Source of the DNA: Hypanus sabinus
Taxonomy: Eukaryota
Assembly: GCF_030144855.1 (NCBI RefSeq)
Contig: NC_082714.1
Span: forward strand, 41,540,001-41,604,000
DNA: 64,000 nt
Reading direction: 5' to 3'
How positions within the stretch are numbered: position 1 is the stretch's first letter; each line of letters begins with the position of its first letter. Shown here piece after piece: positions 14,000 to 28,240 of the stretch. The notes beneath the pieces are model-generated. The model saw nothing but the letters and a program-made list of their open reading frames with translations, did no database searches and was not told the origin of the DNA. A program made the translations under genes and the position numbers.

Positions 14000-14570
14000 T
14001 TGAATTGAATTGACTTGATTTCTTACATCCTTCACATACATGTGGAATAAAAATCTTTATATTATGTTTCTGTCTGATTGTACAATGTGCAAATTATAAA
14101 AATTTGTAATAAATAGTTTGTACAGTAAGATATACAGCAGAACAATCAATATAGCTTAGAAATACAGTTGTGTCAGTGTGAATTAATCAGTCTGATGGCC
14201 TGGTAGAAGAAGCTGTCCCGGAGACTGTTGGTCCTGGCTTTAATGCAGCGGTACCATTTCCTGGATGGTAGCAACTGGGACTGTTTGTGGTTGTGATGAC
14301 TCAGGTCCCCAATGATCCTTCGGGCCCTTCTTATGCACCTGTCATTGTAAATGTCCTAAATAGTGGGAAACTCACATCCACAGATGTGCTAGGCTCTCCG
14401 CACCATTCTCTGTGGAGTCCTGTGATTGAGGGAAGTACAGTTCCCATACCAGGCAGTGATGCAGCCAGTCAGGCTGCTCTTAATTGTGCCTCTGTAGAAA
14501 GTCCTTGGAATTTGGGGACTCATGCCAAACTTCAACCATCTGAGGTGAAGATGTGCTTTTTACACCACCC
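14000..14570 (-). mobile_element. Rex1/Babar-like LINE 3' fragment
   Basis: Reverse-complement homology to 21300-21840, including the (TTCAA)n tail. Confidence 0.8.
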
Positions 14571-14682
14571 AGTATTTAACATTAAACTATTGAAAGTTCC
14601 TCCAAAGGCTAACATTAAAGTATTTCAAGTTTAAACAGGACCATTAAAACAATCTGCAAGCTTCACAAGTTCTACAAATCAA

Positions 14683-14930
14683 AGGGGCCGTGGTACTGTA
14701 GTGGTGAGCACAATGCTTTCACAGCTCTGGGTATTTTGGAGTTTGCAGATCAGTTCAGGTGCTATCTGTAAGGAGTACTTCCACTCTGTGACTGCGTGAG
14801 TGTCCTCCAGGTGCTTTGGTTTCCTTCCACACTCCAAAGATGTAGGGGTTTGTAGATTAATTGGTCATTGTAAATTGTCCTGTAATTAGGCTAGTGTTAA
14901 ATTGGTGATTTGCCGGGTGCGGCATCTCGG
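14683..14930 (+). mobile_element. tRNA-derived V-SINE (HE1-like)
   Basis: A-box-like head plus V-domain-like core ggtgctttggtttccttccacactccaaagatgt; homologous to 63295-63498. Confidence 0.7.
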
Positions 14931-15234
14931 ACTGACATCTCCAAATAACTAAATTGTAATTCCCCTTCAACTAATTGCAAAGTGAGTTGAAGGCATTTCT
15001 TATCTTTAAACAGACTGTAATACAACTTAAACTTGAAAAGAGTTGTGGTTTCCAATACACCATTTCTAATGCTGGAATATTTGCTGAGATGCAAGTCCAA
15101 GCATAGATCCCATACAAAGTTGTAAGTTTCACCAATTCTTGCCCTAATCTAGTTGATATGAAGAATTGCTTGATAAAGAGAACAAAAATGCTGAACATGA
15201 AATAAAGCATTTTAACAGGAACATTCTCTGAGAG

Positions 15235-15313
15235 CAGGGGTTCCTAACCTTTTTTATACCATGGATCCCTAATTAACCGAGGCGTCCATGGACCCCCAGG
15301 TTGGGATCCCTTG
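15235..15313. mobile_element. 79-bp hAT-Charlie-type MITE
   Basis: Terminal inverted repeats CAGGGGTTCCTAACCT / AGGTTGGGATCCCTTG; TSD degenerate. Confidence 0.65.
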
Positions 15314-16219
15314 TTCTAGTGGATACTGCTTCTGCTATGGAGTTTCCTTGCATTCAGAATATTAAAAGTACTTCCTTTGACTTCGGCACTCTGCTTTGAA
15401 TTTTCCCTAAATTGATGTAGAACACATGCATTTTAAGTGTTCAAATATCATGGCTTTAAGACAGGGTAGTTCTTCCCAGCACCCTCGACACCAATGCTGA
15501 AACAAATTAAATGGTCATTATTGCTTTAGAGATTTGCACAAATGATTTCTACATTTTGGGAGTTTTTATCTGTGGCACATCCCTGGGCACAGATTGAGTG
15601 CCATCTTTCTTAAAAATTGACTTTAGTGTTTTGGAGAATTTGAGTCCTGAGCTTATGAAAGATAAAATACATCAATGCAAGTCTGTTTTTCTTTCTTGCC
15701 TCCATTGCAACTTTCGTTTTGATCCAACATATGGCTAGATTTAGTAGTAGAGCTAATCTCCAAATGTACCACTGTGGATCTGCCCCAGAATTAAAGCAAG
15801 GCTCTTGGGGTAGCTGTTTATTAGCCTAGAGTGTTGAACCAGAACTATGTTCATATTTCTACAATGCTGAGTTAAAGGAGGAGATAAAAAGAGAGGTTAT
15901 CAAAATCTGGATCAATGTGATTGGATTTCAGTGTACACCTTTGAAGAGAAGACGGTAGAGAAGTGGAAGGGTTTGCAGCAGAATAATTTTGTGCATTAGT
16001 GTTCATTTGTGCCTATGGTTTTGGAATAAACATAGCACATTTAATATACCAGGTTAAGTGCTTTTTGCCTGTTAAAGAGAAGTTGACATGTATTTCTCAA
16101 TATTCGTGAAACTTAGTTAAAAATTTCTCCTTCAGGTTTCCTCCCATCTCAATATCAACTGACTGGTGCTGAAATTATTAGTGTATTGTCTGTGTCTAAC
16201 ACAAAGCTAATTTGGCCAA

Positions 16220-16915
16220 AAGGGACTTGGGAGTCCTTGTGTAGGATTCCCTAAAGGTTAATTTGCTGGTTGAGTCTGTGGTGAGAAAAATAAATGTGAT
16301 GTTAGCATTCACTTCAAGAGAACAAGAACAAGGATGTAACGTTGAGACTTTATAAAGCACTGGTGAGGTCTTGCTTGGAGTATTGTGAGCAGCGTTTGAC
16401 CCCTTATCTTAGAAAGGAGGAGCTGACTGGCAAAGTTTCAAAGGAGGTTCACAAAAATGAATCCAGGATTGAATGGCTTGTCATATGAAGGGTGTTTGAT
16501 GGCTCTGGGCCTGTATTCGTTAGAATTCAGAAGAATGACGGGTGACCTCACTGAAGCCTATTAAATATTGAAAGCCCTTGACAGAGTGGATATGGAGATG
16601 ACGTTTCCTCTGATGGAAGAGTCTAGGATCAGAGGACACAGCCTCAGAATAGAGGGGCATCCTTTTAGAACTGAGATGAGCAGGCATTTTTTTAGCCAGA
16701 GAATGGAGAATCTCAAGTGGCTGTGGAGGCCAAGACTTTACATATATTTAAGGCCAAGGTTGATAGATTCTTGATTGGTTGGGGCATTAAGGGATGCAGG
16801 GAGAAGACAGGAGATTGGGGCTGAGAGGAAGAATGGATCAGACATGATGAAATGGTAGAGCAGAATTCATGGGCCAAATGGCCTACTTTTGATCCTATAT
16901 CTTATGGTCTTATGG
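16220..16915 (+). mobile_element. CR1 LINE 3' fragment
   Basis: LDRVDMEMTFPL...RGHSLRIEGHPFRTEM; tail tcttatggtcttatgg. Confidence 0.85.
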
Positions 16916-18747
16916 GATAAAACCTTTTGGCAAAGATTCCACTATAGGTTAGATAAACAGAGTCCCAATTTCATTCTTCTCATTCATCCGTTTGTAACCA
17001 GGATCTGCTTCTATACCCATCTTGCTATATTGGGGGAAAAAACTGCAGATGCTGGAAACCTGAAGTTAAAAAAACACAAAAATATATTGGAATCAGCAAC
17101 ATCTGCAGTAAGAGAAATAGCTAACATTTAAAGTTAAAAGTTTTCATCAGAACTTGGAATGAAAGAAATTCATTACTTTGTAAGTTGGAGAGAGGGTATT
17201 TTCAAAGATCTCTTCTACATGCTGATCCTTGGTGATGTCTTCTGGAAAAAGTGCATTTTCCACATGAAGGTTAGGCCACCCAGCTCTCTCTCATCACTTG
17301 ATTCCCATCCATCCTCTAACCTGTCACACTATTTCTATTGTAGATGAAAAGAAATTCTCTTCAACTAAGTATAGGAAAGCCAAAAGTTTTTTTTTGTTTT
17401 GCTCATCATCAAAAGCTTTTATCCTTAATTACAACTCCATCCCTAGCCTTGACACCTGTGTGAAACTGCATGAGTCTGGGTCCGATCTCGGTGTCCTATT
17501 TGATTCTGAGGAAGGAATTGGAGTGTTCTTCTGCGCATCATTTGGGCTACAGATTCTACTCTTTTGTTATATCACCTGACTGCCCTCTGCTCAGCTACAG
17601 CAGAGTTCTGTATTTACTAACAAGAGAATATCTACAGCTGCTGGAAATCCAAAGCAGCACACACAAAATGCTGGAGGAGCTCAGGCATCAATGGAAAAAA
17701 GTACAGTCGACGTTTCAGTCTGAGTTCCTTCAGCATTTTGTGTGTGTTTCTATGTTTACCCCCTTGTTGGGTCTGACTGTTCCAAAATACCTGCCCTCAC
17801 TCGATACTCCGCTACTGCTTGCATTTACTTTGCATACTCACCACAATGACTCCTGTTTTTAATAATATCACTATATTTAAATTTATTTATCATTTACATT
17901 CATCTTTTCCCTCCCTCCGTAGCCTTTTAAATTCCTATAATTTCCCACATTTTCTATATTTTCTGCTGACATAAAATCAATCCATTAATTCCATCAAGAA
18001 CATGCCAGCTCTTTGAGCAATCTACTCCACTACTTACTTTTCCTGTCAGTCATCGTCCGATCAGCTTGACCCTCACCCTAAATCTCATACCACCCACCTG
18101 CACTAAAGGCAATTTATAGTTGCTATTTAATCTGCCAGCCTGAACATCTTTGGTATAACCTCAGGGTGATTGAAGCTGATCAGCTCTAGTCTTCACCTAA
18201 ATACATAATCCTTCCAGCGTTCTGCACTGTGGTGCAATACATGCATTTTAAAGACTGTGATACATTTCTATTTCCTCGTGATGATTAAGGCCTCCCAGTA
18301 CATGTGAATCCCACCATACTAGGTCACGCCCTTCCCCATTTTGACTGAAATCATTGTCACCTTTTGTTGCCTATCAAACAGTTTGGGGCATATTCACCAC
18401 TGTGTCTGCAGGATACCTCTCCACCAGCATCATAGGACAATTTGAGATGGGTTATAAATACTGGCCTTTGTGGCATTGGCTACATACTGTGAATGGAACA
18501 AACAAATGATCAAAGTATGCCCTTTGTAGTCGAGAATGATTATATGTGTATGCACCAGGATTGGCATTCTACAAATCACCTTCAGAACTGACTGCTCACT
18601 GAAGTAAAGCAGGGTCGTGTTGGACAGAGATGAGGAGAATCTGCTTTTCACAGGGAATACTGAATCTGTGGATTTCTCTGTCCAGGGAAGCAGTAGAGGC
18701 CACCCCATGGAATATATTTAAGACACAGATAGGTTATTGACATGTAC

Positions 18748-18901
18748 AAACAAGCTGGAGGAACTCAGCAGGTCGGGAGCATCCGTGGGAAACAAGCAGT
18801 CAGTGTTTCGGGCCGAGACCCTTCGTCAGGACTCGGCCCAAAATGTTGACTGCTCGTTTCCACGGATGCTGCCCGACCTGCTGCGTTCCTCCAGCTTGTT
18901 T
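18748..18901. repeat. Palindrome formed by two inverted Penelope terminal repeats
   Basis: aaacaagctggaggaac...cgggccgag pairs with ctcggccc...gttcctccagcttgttt; arms ~70-80 bp. Confidence 0.8.
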
Positions 18902-19009
18902 GGATGTATTGATTTGAGCACAGCATCTGCAGTGTACTTTGTAATAGATTTTTGAATTGCTGGAGTAATATGGTTTATGGGGAGCACACGCAAAAGGCCA
19001 TCACGTAGG

Positions 19010-20655
19010 CCTTAAATTTCTCCACTTTCTGGATAACAGACCTAACCATTTTCCCTCTAGCCTTCACTGTCTGGCAGAACTGGTTCTTACTTTTAACAGT
19101 TTCTCTTTTGGTTCCTCTAACTTTCTCCAAACCATGGGTGGAGCCATGAGCACCAGTTATACCTGCTTTTTCGTCGTCTATGTTCCAAGCCTGCACTGGT
19201 AATGCTCCCTAACACTGACAACAGCATTGCAGCTGCACCTGCACCTCGTGAAGCTCGAGAACTTCATCAAATTTGTGTCCAACTTGCACCCCGCTGCCGA
19301 ATTCACTTGGTCCATCTCTGACCTTACTCCCCTTTCTTCATCTCTCTGTCTCCATCTCTGGAGATAGACCACCTATTGATATCTTTTATAAACCTACTGA
19401 GTCTCATAGCTATCTTGACCATACCTCTTCCCACTCTGTTATTTATAAAAACGCTGTTGCCTTTTCTCAGTTCCTCTGTCTGCCACAGCCTTTCTCAGGA
19501 TGAGGCTTTCCATTTTAGAACACCTGAAGTGTCCACCTTTTTCAAAGAACGGAGTTTCCCTTCCATAACTGTCAATACCATCCTCACCTGAATCTTCTCC
19601 ATCTTCCACAAATCCCCCTCTTGTTGCCATAACTGGGATAGAGTTCCCATTGTCTTTACTTACCACCATAGGTGGAGCGTCCATATACAGCACGTCAGTC
19701 TCTATGACATCTGCACACCTTCCCTCTTTCCCACTCTCCGCTTCCTCTAGGGATCACTCTCAAACCATCTCCCTTGTCCATTCGTCCCTTCCCACTGATC
19801 TTCCTCCTGGCACTTATACCTGCAAGTGAGACGAGCGCTGCAGTTACCCCTACCCCTTCTCCCTCGTCGTCATTCAGAGCCCCAAGCAGGCCTGTCAGGT
19901 GAGACAGCACTTCACCTGTGAGTATGTTGGGGTCATCTACTTTATCCGTGCTCCAGGCTCAGCCTCCTGTACGTCGGTGAGATCCAACATAGATTGGGGG
20001 GGGGGGGCACTTAGTCGAGCACATTCATTTCATTTGCCACAAAGGGCAGGATTTCCTGCTTGTCACCTATTTCATATTGACCTCCCATTCCCATTCTGAA
20101 ACCATGCTTCATTACCTCTTTTACTGCCACAATCAGCCACATTCAGGGCGTAGGAGTATTCAATCTGGGTAGCCTCCAACCTGATAGCATGAACATCAAT
20201 ATTTTTAATTTCCAATAATTTCACCCCTCTCTCCCTTCTCTCTATTTCCATTCCCCATTCTGGTTCCCTGTTCACCCATTCTCTTTCCCTCACCTGCCCA
20301 TCACCTCCCTCGAGTTCCCTGCCATCTCCCTTTCTCCCATGATCTAATCTTTTCTACAAGAATGCTTCTTCTACAGCCCTTGAGCTCTTCACCTTGCAGC
20401 TTCTTACTTCAACCCTCTCCCTGACACACCCCTCACCTCATTTCACCTAACATCTGCCAGTTTGTCCTCCTGCCCACCACCCCCCCCCAAACTTCTTTTT
20501 GCTGGCTTCTTCCCACTTCCTTTTCAGTTCTGTTGAACGGTGTTGGCTTAAAGCATCAACTGTTTATTCCTCTATATAAATGCTTCCTGACTTGCTGAAT
20601 TCCTCCAGCAGCTTGTGTTTGTTGCTCAAGATTCCCAGCATTTGCAAAACTTGTT
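19010..20655 (+). mobile_element. Penelope-like retroelement, degraded (RT C-terminus, GIY-YIG, terminal repeat)
   Basis: LPFLHLSVSISGDR...DIFYKPTESHSYLDHTSSH...AFSQFL; RQHFTCEYVGVIYFIR. Confidence 0.88.
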
Positions 20656-20751
20656 GTGGGGATAAGGCAGGTAGATGGAACTAAGTTCGTAGCCAGATCA
20701 GCCATGATCTCATTGAATGGCGGAGCAGGCTCAAGAAATATGCTTATGTGA

Positions 20752-21840
20752 GAATGTAGTTCTCGGACTACAGTTCAGCTTTCAACACCACAGTTCCAAA
20801 CAGGCTTGACAAGAAGCTCAGAGACCTCGGCCTTGACCCTACCTTGTGCAGCTGGATCCTGGACTTCCTGTCAGATCGCCAGCAGGTTGTAAGAGTGAGC
20901 TCCCTCACCTTCACCCCTCTGACTCTCAAAACAGGAGCCCCTCAGAGATTTGTACTAAGTCCTCTCCTTTACTCCCTGTATACCCATGACCGTGTCGCCA
21001 CCCACAGCTCTAATTTGCTAATTAGATTTGCCGACAGCACTACATTGATTGGCCTAACCTCAAACAATAACAAGGTGGCCTACAGGGAAGAAGTCATCTC
21101 TCTGACACAGTGGTGTCAAGAAAACAACCTCTCCCTCAAAAACAAAGAAGCTGGTTGTGGATTACAGGAGGATTGGAGACAGGCTAACCCCTATTGACAT
21201 CAATGGATCTGGGGTTGAGAGGATAAACAGCTTTAAGTTCCTCAGCATAAACATCACCAAGGACCTCATGTTGTCTGTACACATCGGCTGTGTGGTTAAA
21301 AAAGCTCAACAGCACCTCTTTCATCTCAGACTGTTGAGTAAGTTTGGTATGGGCCCCCAGATCTTAAGAACTTACTACAGGGATACAATTGAGAGCATCC
21401 TGACTGGCTGCATCACTACCTGGTATGGGAACTGTACCTCCCTTAATGGCAGAACTCTGCAGAGAGTGGTGTGGACAGCCTAGCACATCTGTAGTTGTGA
21501 ATTTCCCATGATTCAGGACATTTACAAAGATAGGTGTGAGAAAAGGACCCAAAGTTTGATTCGGGACCCAAGTCATCCCAACCACAATCTATTCCAGCTG
21601 CTACTATCCGGGAAATGGTACCACAGCATAAAAACCAGGACCAACAGGCTCTGGGACAGCTTCTTCCACCAGGCCATCAGACTGATTAACTCACACTGAT
21701 TTGAGTGTATTTCTATGTTACATTTACTGTTCTATGTATTATAAATTACTATGATTGCACATTTAGACGGAGACATAAATAAAGATTTTTACTCCTAATA
21801 TGTCTGAAGGATGTAAGAAATAAAGTCAATTCAGTTCAAT
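20752..21840 (+). mobile_element. Rex1/Babar-clade LINE RT 3' part
   Basis: DYSSAFNT, CSWILDFLSDRQQVVRV, GAPQ..VLSPLLYSLYTHD, IRFADS, ESILTGCITTWYGNC, RLWDSFFHQAIRL. Confidence 0.88.
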
Positions 21841-21849
21841 GCTAGGAAA

Positions 21850-22730
21850 ATGACACTAGCTGTCTACTCTGTCAAAGCCTTTCATAATCTTATAAATCTC
21901 TGTCAGATCACCCCTCAGCCACAAGTACTCAAGAGGAAACAACCCAGGTTTGTCCAACCTGTCCATATAGTCCTCTAATCCAGGCAGCATCCCGGAAAAC
22001 CTCATCTACACCTTCTCCATAGCCTCAACATACTTCCTTGGATGGAATGATCAGAACTGAATGCAGTACTCCTGATATAGCCCAACAGGAGTATCTCAAA
22101 GCTGCAAGGTATCTTTCTAACTCCTGAACTCAGGTCCTCGATCAAAAAAAGGCAAGCATGCCTATGCCCTCTCCTCTACCCTATCAACCGATGCAGCTAC
22201 CTTCAGAAAGCCATGAAGCTAGACCCTAAGATGTTTCTGCTCATCTATGCTGCCACTAACAGTGTGTTACCTCTCCCTATTTGATCTTTCAAAGTGCAAC
22301 ACTTAAGAATTGGCCAGGTTAAAGTTCATCTGCAATTTCTAAACCTATATCTGCACTGGTCTTCCTCCTGCATTCCTTGCCCATATTCTATGCAATCTGC
22401 AACACTATCAACCTTCATAATCATAGTTACTAACCCACCCATCTGCGTTTTCAAACAGGTCATTTTTATATTAACCACAGAGATCCGAGTAAGAATCTTG
22501 ATAGAACACACCTGTCGCAGACGTTCAACCAGAACCAGCTGCTGCTGACCATACCTTCTGTCCTCTCTGGGAAAGCTAATTCCAAATAAAAATGGCCAGT
22601 TCACCATTGATCCCATAATCTTTTGGATGAGCCTCCCAGGATGGGAGCTTGTCAAATGTCTTACCAAAATCCATGTAGACAACACACACAGCTCTACCTT
22701 CATCAATCACTCTCATCACCACCTCAAAAA
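21850..22730 (-). mobile_element. CR1 LINE RT fragment, degraded
   Basis: Reverse-strand similarity to CR1 RT (VYMDF.KTFDK-like and 3' coding region). Confidence 0.7.
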
Positions 22731-22774
22731 AACTTGGTCAAGTCGGTTGACTAAGTTTAACTTGGTTAACTAAG

Positions 22775-23345
22775 TCCACTGGTCCAGCCATATAAACACC
22801 GTGGCTACCAGAGCAGGTCAAAGGCTAGGAATCCTGTGGTCAGTATTTTGCCTCCTGACTCCCCAAAGCCTGTCCACCATCTACAAGGCTCAGGTCAGGA
22901 GTGTAATGGAATACTCGCCACTCGCCTGGATGAGTGCAGCTCCATCAACACTCAAGAAGCTTGACACTATCCAGTACAAGGCAGTCCACTCGATTGGTAT
23001 CCCTTCCACAAGTATACGATCCCTCCAGTGTCGATGAACAGTTGCAGCAGTGTGTACTTTCTACAAGGTGCACTGCAACAACACAGCAAAGTTCCTAAGG
23101 CAGCATCTTCCAGATCCACGACCACTACTATCTAGAAATTGAGAACAGCAGATACCTGGGAACACCAACACTTGGAAATCTCCTTCCAAGTCACTTACCA
23201 TCCTGACGTGGAAACATATCACTGTTCCTTCATTGTTGCTGGGTCAAAATCATGGAATTCCCTTCCTGACAGCACTGTGGGTGTACCTACACTTCAGGGA
23301 CTGCAGCAGTTCAAGAAGGCAGCTCATCACCACCTTCTCAAATGC
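22775..23345 (+). mobile_element. CR1/L2-group LINE RT C-terminal fragment
   Basis: LSTIYKAQVRSVMEYSPLAWMSAAPSTLKKLDTIQ; KSWNSLPDSTV. Confidence 0.8.
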
Positions 23346-26300
23346 TGATTTAGCTGGCTCCTGTAAATTAATTTTAAAAAAGTTGCCTTTTATAGTTGTC
23401 ATACTCGATTATGCATGGTTAGATCCCACACATGAGATGTTTTGTCTAAACAAAGTCCTTGAAAGTTAACAATAGGTCAGAATCCCAGAAAATAAATCCC
23501 TATAAATCCCTTGCCCTTTAAAGTGCCATAGAATCCTTACACATCTTTGAGAAATGTTATCACTAATTTAAAGGATGGCATTTTTATAAGGGCACCAAGC
23601 TCTCAAAAGTGTACTGGAATGTTAAACTGGATTATATGCTCAATAATGAGATTGGAACCCTTACCCAGAGATCTCTGAGTTGAAAGTGTTAGCAGATTCT
23701 GGGCGTGCTGAGATAGTGTTTCATAGGTACTTTAGATTTGCTTTTATAACGTGGACCAGATAATATGGTGAATTTCAACATTCAGAAGTTCTTTGATAAT
23801 GTGCAAGAGGTTATTTAACAAAATTGGAGTGCATGGTATTGGTGGATTATATTCCGATGTGGAATGAGGATTGGTTAAAGGACGATAAACAATATTGAAT
23901 AAGTGGGTCATTTTCAAGCCTGTGGTGTGCCACAATGAACATTGGTGGGGTTTACAATATGTGCTGTTGATTTGGATAAAGGGTTTCAGTCTAATATATC
24001 AAGATTTGCGTATTATATAAAATTTTGGGGCATGGCAGGCTGTGAGAGGGATAAAGAAAAGGCTTCATGGGGATATAGGCAGGCTAACTGAATGGCAAGG
24101 ATAAAACAGATGGAATATGATGTGGTAAATATGACATTATCCAGTTCGATAGAAAAAAATTGAAATGCAGAATATTTTTGTCAATCTCTCACCATTTGAA
24201 AATGTAGGTGTTCAGAGTGCCTTAGCATGCTTACTCGTATATCACTGAGAAGACAAAAGGAAACAAGAGCAGAGGTGGGCCACCCTACCCCTGAAACCTG
24301 TTTTACCATTTCATATGATTATGGCTCAGCTACTCTTCTCTGCTAGTTCCTTGTAACCCTCAATTTCTCAGCCCTTAAAATATCTGTCTACATCAGTTTA
24401 AGTATATTTAATGATTTGGCCTCCACTGCCCCCAGTGTTAAAGAATTCCAGAGATTCACTGTTTCCAGAAAAGAAATTTCTCCACTTTCTTACTGTCTTG
24501 CTAAAGTAGCCAACATAATCAAAGACCCTGCCAATCCCAGACATTTCTCTCCTATCCCATTGGATACAAACTGCTGAAAGCACATACCACCAAGGTCAAG
24601 GACAGCTTTTATCTGCTGTTATTGGACTATTGAATGGTGCTCTTGTGCAGTCAAGTGGGCTCTTGACCTTACAACATGCCTCATTTTAGCCTTGCACCTT
24701 ACTGTCTGCCGGCACTGAACTTTCTCTGTACCAGTTTCTGTTACTGCTTTTTTCTTATTCTGCTGCAGTGTGCTGATGTTATAAAATGATCTGTATGGAT
24801 GGCAAGCAAAACAAAGCTTTTACCTGTACCTCTGTATTTGTGACAACAACAGACTAATTTACCAATTAAGTTAAAATTCATGCAACTCTCGTTTAATGGG
24901 CCCTTATTTTCAAATCATGCCCCTTTGCTCATGACTGTCCCACAAGTGAAAACATTCCGGTGCTACATTCCACTTCATTTCCTTAAACTCCAAGGGATAT
25001 AAACTCAACCGTCTAGTTTCTCTTACCCTTTGGACAAACCTCTTACCCTTTGAATTAGCCCAGTGAATTTCCTTTTGACCATCTCCAGTGCCTTAATAAT
25101 ATTTTTAAAGATATGGGAACAAAACTGTTCACAATATTCCATGTATAGCCTCACCAAAACACCCTGTATAATAGTAGCAAAACATCCATGTTATTAAACT
25201 CTAATTCCTCTGCAATTAAGGCCAAAATGCCTCTTACCTTCTTGACCACTGGTTGCACTTTACTGCTAACATTTTGTAAGTAATCATTGGAAGAACTAGA
25301 TTCTCTGAACTTCCCTTGTTCGCAGTCTCTCCCTCTCTCTCTCTCTCATTCAGATAATCTGCCTTTTGATTTACCAACGTGTGAGTGCTCACGCCGCTGG
25401 TCCATTTGTCTTGGAGAAGAGAATAACACCAATGTGTGGTGCCTGTCAGCTCTCTCTGCTCCAGGACTGGTAGTGGATACTTTGGTGGAATAATCTGAGC
25501 CCCCTCCAATTGTACCATTGACTACTTCATCATCCACCCATTAAATGTACTGTTCAGTTCAACAAATACATAGCGAACAGTATGTTGGCCTCTAATGCAA
25601 ATGGAGTAGAGCAAAAAAGACTAACGTGCTTCATTGTCAGCTTGCTTCAGTTATATAGAGCCCAAGTGAGGCCACATCTGAAATTTTGTGGACTGGCCTA
25701 TCCTCTTCATCTAAGGACTGATGTAAAAGAGGAAGTGCAGCAAAGATTGATTCCATCATTTGTGAGGAGAGATTTACACTATCTGAGCATGATGCAGTGT
25801 TCAAATTTAATTCAATTTGTATTAGTTTTGGTTAGATCTACTATAAGTTCCTCCATCTACAATAGTACTATAGTTTATTTTTTTTCTCTTCACAGATACC
25901 ATTTAAAGTTCTGGGCATTTCAAAACTTCCCCTTTTGCAATCGCTCCGGCCAACATTTCACAACTTCTACATTCCCCCTGCTTGTGTTCTTTCTCTATTC
26001 ATTCTCATGAATCTAAACAGATTTTTTTTTGATACATTGAGATGGAGGCCTGTACTTTCTTAAGTTCATTGGAATGAGAAATAATCTCACTGAAACATGC
26101 ATTGTTCTCTTTCCATTGATGCTGCATTTTCTCTTCAAACTTGTATAAAAAATTCTGTGGAGCCTGACAGGGTTGATGGTGGAATTAATGCTAGACCTGG
26201 CTGCAGTGTCTTGGACTAATTCGAAAACAAGTGGGTTAACATACTAGAATTAGAAACAATATCTTCATCTGGGTGTGTTAGTTATTTAGAATTCTATGTT

Positions 26301-27269
26301 GATGTAAGATATAGAGGCTTAGTCATAGCATACATTCTTTTCAGACATCGATAAGTTTTTAATTATTTAAGGAAATGTGACAGGGTTCTTTTGCAAGGGA
26401 AGTCAATCTGAGATAGGAGATTGGCTATGATCTTATTGAATGGTTGAACAGGTTATAAGGGGTTGAATGATCTTCTGCTTTGATTTCTCATCTTTCATCT
26501 TGGCAATTGATAACCACACACATCCATTATTGTATTCAGTGCACTGTGTAGACTGGGCCTTTCTGCCTGGTTGTGAAAAATGCATATAAACTACAGATGT
26601 AATTGAAAAATGAGAAAAGTAGAACATTTGTGAGCTTCAATTGACTATGCCAGAGGGTGAGCCAGATTTCAGAAGTCCTAGAGCAAAATAGCACGTCTTG
26701 AGAACAGGCGTAGCAGATACAGGGTATTTGAGAAAAAGAGATGCATAGGGTGGGAGGAGGTATAGGTGTATAGTGGAAGTAACTGAGAGAGTTGATGAGT
26801 TTATAGAACTATTTTAATTTTCCTATCCTCTCACACCCACCTCATAGTCATAAAGTTCCACAACATGAAAACAAGCCCTTTGGCCCAAGTCATCCGTGCT
26901 AAAAGTGCTTACCCGAGCTAGCTCATTTTCCTGAGATTGGTGAATATCCCTCTGAACTTCTCCATGTCTAAATGTATTTTAAATGTAATTGTACCCACAC
27001 TTACAATGGCAGTTCATTCTATATATCCAGCACACTCTCTGTGGGGAAAAAATCTTGCCCTGCAGGTTTCTTTTAAATCTTTTCCCTCTTGTATTAGACC
27101 TGTGTCCTGTAAGGCTCCACTATCCTAGGAGATAAAGTCTGTGACCAGCCGCTTCTGCTGCTCAAATCTTTATGACCTCTTTCAGATCACCCCTTGGGAA
27201 GGGAAGGCCATTCCAATTCGCTCAGCCTCTCTGTATAACTTTCTCAAATTTCCTATAATGTAGTCATTC

Positions 27270-28240
27270 AATAGACAATAGACAATAGGTGCAGAAGTAG
27301 ACCATTCGGCCCTTTGAGCCTGCACCGCCATTTTGAGATCATGGCTGATCAATTACTATCAATACCCTGTTCCTGCCTTGTCCCCATATCCCTTGATTCC
27401 CCTATCCATAAGATACCTATCTAGCTCCTTCTTGAAAGCATCCAGAGAATTGGCCTCCACTACCTTCCGAGGCAGTGCATTCCAGACCCCCACAACTCTC
27501 TGGGAGAAGAAGTTTTTCCTTAAATCTGTCCTGAATGACCTACCCCTTATTCTCAAACCATGCCCTCTGGTACTGGACTCTCTCAGCATCTGGAACATAT
27601 TTCCTGCCTCTATCTTGTCCAATCCCTTAATAATCTTAAATGTTTCAATCAGATCCCCTCTCAATTTCCTTAATTCCAGCGTGTACAAGCCCAGTCTCTC
27701 TAACCTTTCTGCGTAAGACAGTCCAGACATCCCAGGAATTAACCTCGTGAATCTACGCTGCACTTCCTCTACAGCCAGAATGTCCTTCCTTAACCCTGGA
27801 GACCAAAACTGTACACAATACTCCAGGTGTGGTCTCACCAGGGCTCTGTACAAATGCAAGAGGATTTCCTTGCTCTTGTACTCAATCCCCTTTGTAATAA
27901 AGGCCAACATTCCACTAGCCTTCTTCACTGCCTGCTGCACCTGCTCATTCACCTTCAGTGACTGATGAACAAGGACTCCGAGATCTCTTTGTATTTCTCC
28001 CTTACCCAACTCTACACTGTTCTGATAATAATCTGCCTTCCTGTTCTTACTCCCAAAGTGGATAACCTCACACTTATTCACATTAAATGCTATCTGCCAA
28101 GTATCTGCCCACTCACCCAGCCAATCCAAGTCACCCTGAATTCTCCTAACATCCTCATCACATGTCACACTGCCACCCAGCTTAGTATCATCAGCAAATT
28201 TGCTGATGTTATTTTTTATGTCTTCATCCAAATCATTCAC
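27270..28240 (-). mobile_element. Young 5'-truncated CR1 LINE with an uninterrupted 293-codon RT C-terminus
   Basis: NDLDEDIKNNISKFADDTKLGG...RPHLEYCVQFWSP...; (TATTGTC)n tail at 27270-27288. Confidence 0.95.

Noticed and set aside
27359-28240. Longest ORF (293 aa) as a host gene
   Set aside because: It is the RT C-terminus of a 5'-truncated CR1 with its 3' tail.
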